From positions 87,273 through 151,272 of the forward strand of contig CAYVVS010000001.1 in NCBI GenBank assembly GCA_964454845.1: a stretch of DNA of 64,000 bases, written 5' to 3'. Shown in pieces: positions 9,201 through 17,843 of this stretch. The position numbers and the translations under genes were made by a program. Within the stretch, counting starts at the first letter, position 1, and every line of letters begins with the position of its first letter. The notes under the pieces are model-generated. The model was not told the origin of the DNA, did not search any database, and saw only the letters and a list, made by a program, of their open reading frames with translations. The DNA is from an uncultured Candidatus Saccharibacteria bacterium (GTDB lineage Bacteria; Patescibacteriota; Saccharimonadia; CAILAD01; GCA-016700035).

Positions 9201-12200
9201 GAACGAGTATAAAGATATATATTGATGGCGTTCAGGATGGGTCCGTAGCTGTAGGTGGTGTGTCGGTTGATAATGATAGGCCCTTGCTGATTGGTTCAGG
9301 GTTCGGTTCTTTGCAGGCGGGAGATAGTCGAAGGCGCTTTAACGGGCAGATTGATGAGGTGCGCATAAGTAGCACGGCACGCTCTAGTTTTACAGCAAAG
9401 CCGTATCTTAATACTGAACAGAGCGTGACATTATCGGATCCAATACGCACTAGTGGTATTGCGTCGTGGGTCGGATTTAATGCTAACGAGACAACAAATG
9501 GCGGGACAATTACGTATCGCTTGAGCAGTGATGATGGGGCGACATGGAAGTATTGGAACGGCGGTGCTTGGTCTACTTCGACAGAACTTAGCCAGTCGAG
9601 TAGTGCTACCGATGTTAATGCTCACATTGTCGATTTTCCAGTAACCTTCTCGGGCCTTCGTTGGCAGGCAGTCTTGAAGGGTGATGGCTCACAGAAAGTC
9701 ACGCTTGATTCGGTAGACATAACTTCAGATGCTGATAATGACGCGCCAATTGCGAATGCAACAAACTTACAGGCATTTACTAGTAATGGGGGTACTCAGC
9801 TCAATGATGCAGCCTGGACCAACTCTGCAACACCGTATTTTACTTGGGATGCTGCCTCTGATGCTGCAAGCGATATTTACGGGTACTGTCTCTACTTAGG
9901 GCAGTCAGCTTCTGATGATCCGGCGAGCAGCAAAGGGCTATTAGGAAGCTCTCCTGTAGATACGGGTGGGCACTGCCAATATGCTGTAAGCACTACATCG
10001 TTAGATCTGTCGCAGCCCGGAGTGTTGGCAACAGCCCTCAGTACGTCAGGCAGTAGCTATTATCTCAATGTGAAGGCGCTTGATGCTGCCGGAAATCTCT
10101 ATGGCTCATCTCAACAGTTTGAGTTTAAATTTGATAACACAGCACCATCGAATCCAAACTACATTAACGCTCCATCTCAGTTTGTGTCATCTAAGGAGGT
10201 AACTTTTACTTGGCCAACTACTGGGGGAGATGCCGCAGCTGACGCAAATTCTGGCGTGGTTGGTTTACAGTATAGAATTGGTGCAAATGGTACTTGGAGG
10301 GGTGACGGCACGGGAGGTTCTGGCAATCTTGCGAATGATGGCTCGTATACTACTCGTGACAACCCTGACTATGCCGACATTAATAATGGCAACAATGTGT
10401 TTTACTTCCGCACAATTGACGCTGCTGGTAATGTTAGTGCGAGCTATGTCTCGGCAACGTTACGGCTAAATACAGGTGCGCCAACAGGTCCACAAAATGT
10501 TACTGCTACACCGAGTACCAATACAAGCAACAACTTTGCTTTCTCTTGGGATCCACCCGCTAGTTATGCTGGTACTCCCGGTGCATTGACGTATTGTTAT
10601 ACCGTGAACACATTGCCAACCGAAAATACTTGTACGTTTACTGCAGCTGGAGTAACGAGTTTGTCTGCGGGAGCATATGCGACTCAGCCTGGTGAGAATA
10701 CTTTCTATGTTGTAGCTAAAGATAATAATATAAATTACGCTACTGCTGCGAGTACTACATTCACGGCGAACACCTCTGCACCAGGCATGCCACTCGATCT
10801 CGAGATTGCCGATATCTCCACTAAGGCTACTTCTTCGTGGAAGATCGCGCTGTCTTGGTCTGAGCCAACTGATACGGGAGCTGGTGTAGCGAGCTATAAA
10901 GTGTTCCGTTCGGCCACTGATTCTAATTACACGCAGATTGCCAGTACTGCTGGCGCAAGCTTTGTAGACTCTGGTCTGAGCCAGCAGACGTATTACTATA
11001 AGGTGAAAGCTTGTGATAGTGCCAACAACTGTGGCGCATTGAGCTCGAGCGTAAATAAATATCCGACTGGCCGCTTCACTACACCAGCTAATGCAACGTC
11101 AAACCCCGAGGTATCCAATGTAAGTACTCGCAAGGCTACCATCCGCTGGTCAACGGACAGAGTGAGTGACAGTAAGGTTTCAATCGGTACTGCTTCTGGA
11201 CAATATGAACCATTCCAGATAGCTAGCGGAGATCAAGTAACCGATCATACTATTCAGCTCACAAACCTCACGCCGGGAACCACGTATTTTGCTAAGGCTT
11301 CTTGGACTGATGAGGATGGGAATACTGGCAACTCTACAGAGTTCACATTCCAGACCGAACCTGCTCCATCTACTCAAGAAGTAAATACTACTCGAGTCGG
11401 CCTGAACTCTGCCCAGATCCGCTTAACTTCTGTGAGCGCTGCGCGCGTAGTTATTCAATATGGTAAGTCCGATAGCTTTGGTGGGGTAAAAGAGATTGCC
11501 ACATCGCTTTCTCGCTCTACCTACGATGTGGAACTTACAGGGCTGGATGATGACACAAAGTATTTCTACCGGCTCAACACCTACGACGCCGATGGCAATG
11601 AGTATGTAGGCAGTACTGTGTTAACTTTTACAACACCTGCGCGTCCTCGTATCTCTGATCTACGCTTTGAACCTGTGAGTGGCGAGCCAACTAGCACCCA
11701 AAAGGTTACTTGGAAAACAAATGTTGATACTACTTCTGGGGTGACATATGGCAAAGAAGGAACCAATGGCACTGATATACTGAATTCTACCCTCACTCGA
11801 GAGCATGAAATTATTATCCGAGGACTCGATGATAATAGTATTTATTTCTTAATTGCTCAGAGTCGCGATGTGGACGGTAATCTTGCGGCCTCTGATAGGC
11901 AAACTTTCCAAACTGCTCTGGATACACGACCTCCAACAATTAAAGATTTGGCCGTGGAGACAGTTGTGAAGGGCACAGGTAGTGATGCCCGTGGGCAGAT
12001 TATAGTGACTTGGACCACTGATGAGCCATCAACCAGTCAGGTTGCCTTTGGCGAAGGCACATCTTCAGAAAGTGTCACGAGTATGACCACTGAAGACGCC
12101 AATCTAACTACTGAACATGTTGTGATTGTGTCTGATCTTTCGACGGCACGCGTGTACAACATACAGGCTATCTCACGAGATAAGGCTCGCAATGAGGCTA

Positions 12201-12301
12201 AGTCTGAGAGTCAGTCGACGATCATTAACCGTGGTACAGATTCGATCCTCTCGATTATCGTCAATGTCCTCCAGCAAATATTCGGGTTTGAGGCAAACTA
12301 G
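6203..12301 (+). CDS. Giant surface protein 1 (about 2033 aa)
   Basis: Single long ORF, 2070 aa from the first ATG at 6089; the real start is probably 6188 or 6203. Domain order: basic N-terminus, one TM helix (WAVAVFYTLALSALLLL), LamG-like lectin, about 14 tandem 50-54-aa repeats (…LYxGxGxxxxDAEVWxWNGxxWTxIGGDG…), second LamG-like domain, many FN3-like units, conserved amphipathic C-terminal tail. Stop TAG at 12299-12301 is 1 nt before the next gene's ATG. Confidence 0.75.
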   Translation: MSKKTIEHLRHASKKALSVPGRCYVGASTARSRTIGSAHENLQRRYKWYEKWHAWNFKKINHQHVHWAVAVFYTLALSALLLLRVGVVRAADFTDSWDFTSIAAFLLDGGVEQNGSSISLKPQGYSSDGSTAALYHFDEAAGTSIDDSSSNNNDLTTTGLPGFVSGNLNNALSLDGTGQYASVADSTSLSMTGQMTLEGWIKPSSTFNNNSDFSQTIIDKGSYRMGLDRTSGRAFFEVERSGTQSWTKRLGDEQSGSWSFNHGGLDAMVANGTDLYAGTGLSTGDAEVWKWNGSSWTKIAGDGMNNSWPASTYEKVASLAVNGSSLYAGLGSTAGDAEIWTCNMNTNCTSWTKIGGDGNGPGVASHTAIESMAVYGGNLYVGGTSTSAGSADVWKYNGGTSWTQVGGDGLNSGWAASTFEAVSALYSDGTYLYAGIGVTTADGEVWRYNGTSWTMIGGDGVNLGGGASWNTNYERVSSITSYGGNLYVGLGDSANDAEVWRLSGTTWSQIGGDGLNSGWAGTAALTRVYSMVNDGTNLYVGLGSGSGAAQVWKWNGSSWTGLSVGGGNTTTSWTSSMIGAMVWANSKLYAAPSSSSNYGSGVYEYNGSAWNLIGGWFVNGSWGGADITRIMSSTTHDGKLYYGLGFATNNAQVYEYDGTTSRRVGGSGLNGSWPAWAYEGVYSMASYKGNLYVGLGSGAGDGEVWRWDGSNWTQVGGDGVGSSWNSGEAAVLSMTVFNGNLYIGLGSGAYQGDLWQYNGSTWTLVAGEPASGIGGQVNGSWNVNPRGVETMVVYNGQLCAGLGGSGAWGEVWCWSGSGNWTKIGGGNAVSVNGSWSSSIAVLAMATYRDKLYATIRTSGQAASIWEWDGSTWTQVAGADLNGSWSDSTYTWARTMAVYNGYLYAGTGYSGASNPTGDVWRWDGSTWTQAGGDGIANSWTTSDQREEVGDLITYKGKLYAATGYTGNSDALVYSFGDNAYTESATSSFDTNWHHLAGVYDGTSIKIYIDGVQDGSVAVGGVSVDNDRPLLIGSGFGSLQAGDSRRRFNGQIDEVRISSTARSSFTAKPYLNTEQSVTLSDPIRTSGIASWVGFNANETTNGGTITYRLSSDDGATWKYWNGGAWSTSTELSQSSSATDVNAHIVDFPVTFSGLRWQAVLKGDGSQKVTLDSVDITSDADNDAPIANATNLQAFTSNGGTQLNDAAWTNSATPYFTWDAASDAASDIYGYCLYLGQSASDDPASSKGLLGSSPVDTGGHCQYAVSTTSLDLSQPGVLATALSTSGSSYYLNVKALDAAGNLYGSSQQFEFKFDNTAPSNPNYINAPSQFVSSKEVTFTWPTTGGDAAADANSGVVGLQYRIGANGTWRGDGTGGSGNLANDGSYTTRDNPDYADINNGNNVFYFRTIDAAGNVSASYVSATLRLNTGAPTGPQNVTATPSTNTSNNFAFSWDPPASYAGTPGALTYCYTVNTLPTENTCTFTAAGVTSLSAGAYATQPGENTFYVVAKDNNINYATAASTTFTANTSAPGMPLDLEIADISTKATSSWKIALSWSEPTDTGAGVASYKVFRSATDSNYTQIASTAGASFVDSGLSQQTYYYKVKACDSANNCGALSSSVNKYPTGRFTTPANATSNPEVSNVSTRKATIRWSTDRVSDSKVSIGTASGQYEPFQIASGDQVTDHTIQLTNLTPGTTYFAKASWTDEDGNTGNSTEFTFQTEPAPSTQEVNTTRVGLNSAQIRLTSVSAARVVIQYGKSDSFGGVKEIATSLSRSTYDVELTGLDDDTKYFYRLNTYDADGNEYVGSTVLTFTTPARPRISDLRFEPVSGEPTSTQKVTWKTNVDTTSGVTYGKEGTNGTDILNSTLTREHEIIIRGLDDNSIYFLIAQSRDVDGNLAASDRQTFQTALDTRPPTIKDLAVETVVKGTGSDARGQIIVTWTTDEPSTSQVAFGEGTSSESVTSMTTEDANLTTEHVVIVSDLSTARVYNIQAISRDKARNEAKSESQSTIINRGTDSILSIIVNVLQQIFGFEAN

Positions 12302-12302
12302 C

Positions 12303-13142
12303 ATGGGTATGATTGATTTTGCCAGCATAAATAAGGACTTTGTTCTTCCGAATGAAACCATTCATGTATTAAAAGATGTGAATTTTTCTATACCTGAAGA
12401 GTCTTTTACGATTATGTATGGTCCTTCTGGCAGTGGTAAATCAACACTCTTAAATGTAATGGTTGGCTTAGAGGAGCCCACAACTGGCAAGGTGTCTCTT
12501 GCTGGCCAAGATTTATATTCTATGAACGCAGATCAGAGAGCTAATCATCGAGCACGATTGGTTGGCATGGTGTATCAATCGAATTATTGGGTGAATTCTT
12601 TAAGTGTTATCGAGAATGTTGCGATGCCACTGTATTTAGCGGGAGTGTCTCGCCGCGAGGCAGCTAAAGAAGCAATGGTAAGTTTAGAGAAGGTAGGTAT
12701 GCAGCAGTATGCTAAATCACGCCCGACAGTACTCTCTGGCGGTCAACAACAGCGAGTATCAATTGCTCGGGCGTTAGCTGGAGACCCTACTTTGATTGTC
12801 GCAGACGAACCAACTGGTAACTTAGACACAAAGAATGGCGATATGATTATGAATATGTTGTATGAATTACGACATAGAATGGGTAAAACGGTAGTGATGG
12901 TAACTCATAATCTTGGTTACTTGCCTCTGAGCGATCATCGTTTGCAGCTAAAGGACGGCATGGTGATTGCTGAAGAGGGTGAGTACGGGCTAAATAAAGA
13001 TGATAAGTCGAAGCTTCTTGAGGATTTTCAGAAAAGTATTAATGTTTTGTCTAGTGAGGAAGCATCAAGCACAAAAAATGTTGGTAAAAATACAGCAAAA
13101 CCTGCAGGTATAGATGGCATCTCGAAAGGAGGCAAAAAGTGA
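12303..13142 (+). CDS. ABC transporter ATP-binding protein, MacB/LolD/FtsE family (cassette 1)
   Basis: Walker A GPSGSGKST, Q-loop, signature LSGGQQQRV, Walker B LIVADEPT, H-loop. Start ATG 1 nt after the giant-1 stop. C-terminal ~60-aa Lys-rich tail. Confidence 0.85.
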   Translation: MGMIDFASINKDFVLPNETIHVLKDVNFSIPEESFTIMYGPSGSGKSTLLNVMVGLEEPTTGKVSLAGQDLYSMNADQRANHRARLVGMVYQSNYWVNSLSVIENVAMPLYLAGVSRREAAKEAMVSLEKVGMQQYAKSRPTVLSGGQQQRVSIARALAGDPTLIVADEPTGNLDTKNGDMIMNMLYELRHRMGKTVVMVTHNLGYLPLSDHRLQLKDGMVIAEEGEYGLNKDDKSKLLEDFQKSINVLSSEEASSTKNVGKNTAKPAGIDGISKGGKK

Positions 13143-14410
13143 GTTCTGCGCCCTTGTCACCGAAGAGCTCAGCAGCTCCGCAAGCCTCAGGAGCTCATGC
13201 TCGGACTGATCGCTCACGCTACATTAAGCGTTCAATAATTTGGTACGTTGCGCTTAAAAATCTGTTTGCTAAGAAGCTTAGGTCATCGTTGACCATTGGT
13301 GGCGTGGTAATTGGTATTGGGGCAATTGTGTTTTTGGTGTCATTGGGGCTTGGTCTGCAAAAAGTGGTTACCGAACAAGTAGTTGATTCAAAGTCTGTCC
13401 GTACTGTTGACATTACTTCCCCTAAGCCAAAGACCGTCCGTCTCGATGATGATGCTTTGCAGAAATTTAAGGCGATTAATCATGTAGATACTTTGGCGAC
13501 GAATTATTCAGCTGCCGGAAAAGTAGTATTTCAATCCGCAAATCTTGATTCCGTGGTAAATGGCCCAGACCCTACGTACACAGAACTTAATAATTTTAAG
13601 CGACTGGCTGGTGATACTTCTAAGATCACGGGGCTCGATCAGGTGGTTATCAATGAGGCGCTCGTAAATACGTTTGGTGTGAAAGACCCACAGAAAATGA
13701 TTGGGCAGCAGATGACAGTAAAGATCCCTAAGCTAGAAACAGCCGAAGGGACAGAAGAAGTTGAGCAGACCGCGAAAGTGGTGGCAGTGGTACGAACTGG
13801 TTCTGGTGCGGAAGTTTTCTTAAGCCCGCAAGTGTTTCAGCGCGCCCAAGCACGTAGCTATAGTCAGGTAAAGCTCTTAACTGATGTGCAAGAGAATGTG
13901 CCGGCCGTCCGACGTTCGATAGAAAGCCAGGGCTTTACGACAACTTCACCAGTAGATACGTTGGAGCAGATTAACCAAGTCTTCTCAATTCTTACGATTC
14001 TTCTAGCGGGTTTTGGGGCGATCGGTATGGTGATTGCAGTTTTGGGCATGATCAACACTCTTACCATCTCACTTTTGGAGCGCACGAAAGAGATTGGACT
14101 TTTAATTTCTCTCGGAGCACGTAAGAAGGACGTACGTAGACTGTTTGTGATTGAGGCCTTATTACTTTCTTTGATTGGTGGCATCGTTGGAATCCTTGGT
14201 GCTTGGCTTTTAGGTAAGGGGATAAATACGGCAATTGCCAATCTTGCTCGCTCCCGTGGTGTAGAAGATGCTTTTTCCTTCTTCTTTATCCCGTTCTGGC
14301 TGATTCTCGCAATCTTTGCATTTACGGCCACAATTGGTTTTCTCGTGGCATTTTTCCCGGCCCGACGAGCGAGTCGCATTAGCCCGATTGATGCGCTTCG
14401 ACACGACTAA
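13139..14410 (+). CDS. ABC permease, MacB/FtsX family (4 TM, large extracytoplasmic domain) (cassette 1)
   Basis: TM1, then a ~220-aa MacB-type extracytoplasmic domain, then the FtsX 3-TM bundle (…LTISLLERTKEIGLL…). GTG start overlaps the ATPase stop (GTGA). SD AAGGAGG 6 nt upstream. Confidence 0.8.
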   Translation: MSSAPLSPKSSAAPQASGAHARTDRSRYIKRSIIWYVALKNLFAKKLRSSLTIGGVVIGIGAIVFLVSLGLGLQKVVTEQVVDSKSVRTVDITSPKPKTVRLDDDALQKFKAINHVDTLATNYSAAGKVVFQSANLDSVVNGPDPTYTELNNFKRLAGDTSKITGLDQVVINEALVNTFGVKDPQKMIGQQMTVKIPKLETAEGTEEVEQTAKVVAVVRTGSGAEVFLSPQVFQRAQARSYSQVKLLTDVQENVPAVRRSIESQGFTTTSPVDTLEQINQVFSILTILLAGFGAIGMVIAVLGMINTLTISLLERTKEIGLLISLGARKKDVRRLFVIEALLLSLIGGIVGILGAWLLGKGINTAIANLARSRGVEDAFSFFFIPFWLILAIFAFTATIGFLVAFFPARRASRISPIDALRHD

Positions 14411-14504
14411 ATCTGTTCGTAATATGTTTGCTTTTTAAGATATAAATGTTTATAGTGAGTGAGTGTTAGACTCACTTCTTACATCAGTTGAAGAATACCG
14501 TGTT

Positions 14505-15707
14505 ATGTATCTCGATTTCGATTCATTCTTTGCTTCTGCGGAACAGCAGCGACGACCAGAGCTAAGGGGCCAGCCAGTTGGAGTGTGTCCATTTGTGTCT
14601 GATGGGGGGTGTATTGTGGCGGCTTCTAGAGAGGCCAAGCGCTTAGGCATAAAAACTGGGATGCGTGTATTTGAGGCCCGCCGACTGGCGCGAGATATTA
14701 TATTAGTGCGAGATACTCCGGCTTACTATCGAGCAATTCATGCGCGTACGTTGAAAATTCTTGAGGACACGCCGTGTCGTGTGGTGGTACGCGGGATTGA
14801 TGAAATGGCGCTGGTATTACCTTCATATATGCGTACTCGAAAGGCTGGAGAAGATTTAGCGAATCATCTGAAGCAATCATTTTTAACGCAACTTGGTGAG
14901 GTGGTCACGGCATCTATGGGGCTGGCAGCAACGAGCTGGCAGGCTAAAATGGCGGCTTCTGCCAGAAAGCCCAATGGGTTTGTAGGCTTAGGCCAGTCGG
15001 ACTATGAGGCGTTTTATGCGGGCCTCAAGCTAACAGACCTTACGGGGATTCGGTATCGCATGGCCCGCCGACTGTATGCGCTTGGCATTCATAATCCCTT
15101 GGAGCTTTATCAGGCACAGGAGCCATTATTAAGGAAGGCTTTTGGCGTAAACGGCACCAAGTGGTATCTCAGGTTGCGCGGTGTCGAGGTGGATGACCGT
15201 CCGCCTGCTATGAAGCAGTCAATCGGGCATCAGACGACTCTTATGCCGCGAGCAGCATTTTCTTTTAGTGAATTAGAGGCGGTGATGGGTGCCATGATGT
15301 TGAAGGTTGGTTATCGGCTGCGGGCTACCGATCGTGGCGCGCGAGGGATGGTAGTTGCTGTACGATTTCTTGATGGAAGTGGCTGGCATGGAGTGGCGCG
15401 TCATTTGCAGTTACTCGTGAGTCATCGAGACCTTGTGGTGGCCGGCGGCAAGATCTTGCAGCAACTCCAGAGGCAGTTTCGGCCAGTGAAAAAGCTCAGT
15501 ATTACTACGTTTGATCTTGTAGCTACCGGTCAGATGTCATTACTGGAAGGTGCTGAGCGAGACAGTGACGTATCAGGGGCGCTTGATTACTTACGAAAAA
15601 AATATGGTGCGCATGCAGTGCGATTGGCTTCTTCGATGCGTGATGAGATTTTTCCAGATCGTATAGGCTTTGGTGCTCCAGAAAGTTTACTTCTGCCAGA
15701 AGAGTGA
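14505..15707 (+). CDS. dinB: DNA polymerase IV (Y-family translesion polymerase)
   Basis: MYLDFDSFFASAEQ… N-terminal motif with palm, fingers and little-finger organisation. Start moved to the M of MYLDFD. Confidence 0.8.
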   Translation: MYLDFDSFFASAEQQRRPELRGQPVGVCPFVSDGGCIVAASREAKRLGIKTGMRVFEARRLARDIILVRDTPAYYRAIHARTLKILEDTPCRVVVRGIDEMALVLPSYMRTRKAGEDLANHLKQSFLTQLGEVVTASMGLAATSWQAKMAASARKPNGFVGLGQSDYEAFYAGLKLTDLTGIRYRMARRLYALGIHNPLELYQAQEPLLRKAFGVNGTKWYLRLRGVEVDDRPPAMKQSIGHQTTLMPRAAFSFSELEAVMGAMMLKVGYRLRATDRGARGMVVAVRFLDGSGWHGVARHLQLLVSHRDLVVAGGKILQQLQRQFRPVKKLSITTFDLVATGQMSLLEGAERDSDVSGALDYLRKKYGAHAVRLASSMRDEIFPDRIGFGAPESLLLPEE

Positions 15708-15755
15708 AGCTTGAAAAAAAGCGCTTTTTCAGATATGATAACCCCGCTTTTAGAT

Positions 15756-15832
15756 GGGTCCTTAGCTCAGTTGGCTAGAGCGCTTCCTTGACGTGGAAGA
15801 GGTCAGAGGTTCGAGTCCTCTAGGACCCACCA
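15756..15832 (+). tRNA. tRNA-Val (anticodon GAC), CCA encoded
   Basis: Acceptor GGGTCCT/AGGACCC, D-arm GCTC-AGTTGGCTA-GAGC, anticodon stem CTTCC/GGAAG with loop UUGACGU, T-arm AGAGG-TTCGAGT-CCTCT, discriminator A, CCA. Confidence 0.9.
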
Positions 15833-15849
15833 TTTGAATAGTTTATACT

Positions 15850-16030
15850 AAGTACATAAATGAATAGGGCGTAAAAAAGTAGCCTCACCATCTACTTAAG
15901 GCCTCGTAGCTACGGGCGTAACACGTAGCACAACAGTGATTTACCTTTCCTGGTAAGTAAGTCTGGTGGAACCCCCCAAAGTATTGGGGCCAGACGCATC
16001 GGGATAGGTGTTTTTATTTAAATGAGAGTA
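15850..16030 (+). promoter_or_regulatory. Possible T-box riboswitch leader of thrS
   Basis: About 200-nt leader between tRNA-Val and thrS. GGTGGAACC resembles the T-box core GGTGGNACC, and UGGA would pair with an ACCA 3' end as on tRNA-Thr (discriminator U). ACA/ACG triplets are available as specifier. No clean terminator hairpin plus U-run seen. Confidence 0.3.
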
Positions 16031-16040
16031 GGAGATAAAG

Positions 16041-17843
16041 ATGAGCGATAATATACATGCAATGCGACATAGTGCGGCTCACGTATTGGCGGTTGCACTG
16101 CAGAGACTCTATCCAGAAGCAAAGTTTGGGGTGGGGCCAGTAATTGAGCATGGTTTTTACTATGATGTGGCTTTCGAGGAAGCTATATCAGATAAGGATC
16201 TTAAGAAGATTCAAAAAGAGATGCGCTCTATTGTGAAGCGTAATTTGCCGATTGAGCATGAGGAATGGCCCATCGAGCGGGCGATTGAATTCTTTCAAGA
16301 GAATGGCCAGCCGTTCAAGGTTGAGTTATTGCGAGATTTACAACAGCATGGTACAACAAGCATAAGAAATATAGACTCTTCAGACCTTGGCGTTGATGAT
16401 GCTGATGAAAAAATAACAACGGTATCGGTGTATAAAATTGGTGATTTTGTAGACCTCTGTCGGGGGCCTCATGTTGAAAGTACTGGGCAAATTGGGACGT
16501 TTGAATTGACCCGTTTGGCGGGAGCATATTGGCGCGGAGATGAGTCTCGCGATCAATTACAGCGAGTATATGGCATAGCTTTTGAATCGGAGGAAGAGCT
16601 TGAAAAGCATAAAGCCATGCTAGAGCTTGCGAAGGAGCGAGATCATCGTAAACTGGGACGTGAGCTTGACCTGTTTACGTTTTCTGAACTAGTGGGCCCT
16701 GGACTCCCACTATGGACCCCGAGGGGAACGGTAATTCGCAATCAGCTAGATGCATTTGTACAAGAGCTGCGCGCTGAGTATGGTTTTGAGGAAGTAACCA
16801 TACCACACATTACTAAGAAAGAACTGTATATGCGCAGTGGCCATTGGGATAAGTTTGAAGATGAACTATTTAAAATTACCTCGCGTGATGGACACGAGTT
16901 TGCTTTAAAGCCAATGAATTGCCCGCATCACACTCAAATCTTTGATTCTCGACCACGCAGCTATCGAGAGATGCCGGTGCGTTACCGCGAGACAACGATG
17001 GTGTACCGCGATGAGCAGAGCGGTGAGCTACACGGTCTTTCGCGTGTACGTTCTATTACGCAGGATGATGCCCATACTTTTTGCCGACCAAGTCAGGTTG
17101 AAGATGAAGTGATGAATGTCTGGAATGTGATCGAACAGTATTGGAAGGCATTTGGAGTAAGCTTGCGAGTGCGTCTATCTACGCATGACCCGAAGAATAT
17201 GAAGGGCTATCTAGGGACTGAGCGGCAGTGGGAGTCGGCCGTAGCACAGTTGCAATCGGTGATTGAGCGTAAGGGCGTGGAGTTTGAGCTCGGCGAAGGT
17301 GAGGCGGCTTTTTATGGACCAAAGATCGACTTTATAGGTTCGGATGCACTTGGCAGGGAGTTTCAAGCTTCAACTGTTCAGCTAGATTTTAATATGCCGG
17401 AGCGCTTTGATTTGGCTTGCATTGACGAGAGCGGAGCTCGCGAAACAGTTGTGATGATTCATTGTGCGATTGCTGGCTCGGTTGAACGTAGTATTGTTTT
17501 GCTGCTTGAACATTTTGGTGGCAACTTTCCAGTTTGGCTTGCGCCACAACAAGTAGCGGTCCTGCCAATCTCTGAGAAATTTATAGATTATGCTGATAAA
17601 ATTACAACAAAATTGAAAGAACAAGGCATTAGGGTTGATGTAAGTGCCGAGAATGAGTCGCTCGGTAAGCGAATACGGTCAGCAGAAGTAAGAAAAATAC
17701 CATATACGCTCATTGTTGGAGAGAAAGAGGTAGCTGATGGGATGGTCGCTGTGCGAAGATTTGGTGAGGGTGATTTGGGAGCTATGAAGGCAGATGAATT
17801 TACAGAAAAGATCACCAAAGAAATCCGCAGCCGCAGCCTCTAG
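16041..17843 (+). CDS. thrS: Threonyl-tRNA synthetase (lacks N-terminal TGS domain)
   Basis: 600 aa. Editing-domain start (…HSAAHVLAVALQRLYP…), class II core (…PMNCPHHTQIF…, …RVRSITQDDAHTFC…) and C-terminal anticodon-binding domain. SD GGAGATAAAG upstream. Confidence 0.9.
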   Translation: MSDNIHAMRHSAAHVLAVALQRLYPEAKFGVGPVIEHGFYYDVAFEEAISDKDLKKIQKEMRSIVKRNLPIEHEEWPIERAIEFFQENGQPFKVELLRDLQQHGTTSIRNIDSSDLGVDDADEKITTVSVYKIGDFVDLCRGPHVESTGQIGTFELTRLAGAYWRGDESRDQLQRVYGIAFESEEELEKHKAMLELAKERDHRKLGRELDLFTFSELVGPGLPLWTPRGTVIRNQLDAFVQELRAEYGFEEVTIPHITKKELYMRSGHWDKFEDELFKITSRDGHEFALKPMNCPHHTQIFDSRPRSYREMPVRYRETTMVYRDEQSGELHGLSRVRSITQDDAHTFCRPSQVEDEVMNVWNVIEQYWKAFGVSLRVRLSTHDPKNMKGYLGTERQWESAVAQLQSVIERKGVEFELGEGEAAFYGPKIDFIGSDALGREFQASTVQLDFNMPERFDLACIDESGARETVVMIHCAIAGSVERSIVLLLEHFGGNFPVWLAPQQVAVLPISEKFIDYADKITTKLKEQGIRVDVSAENESLGKRIRSAEVRKIPYTLIVGEKEVADGMVAVRRFGEGDLGAMKADEFTEKITKEIRSRSL

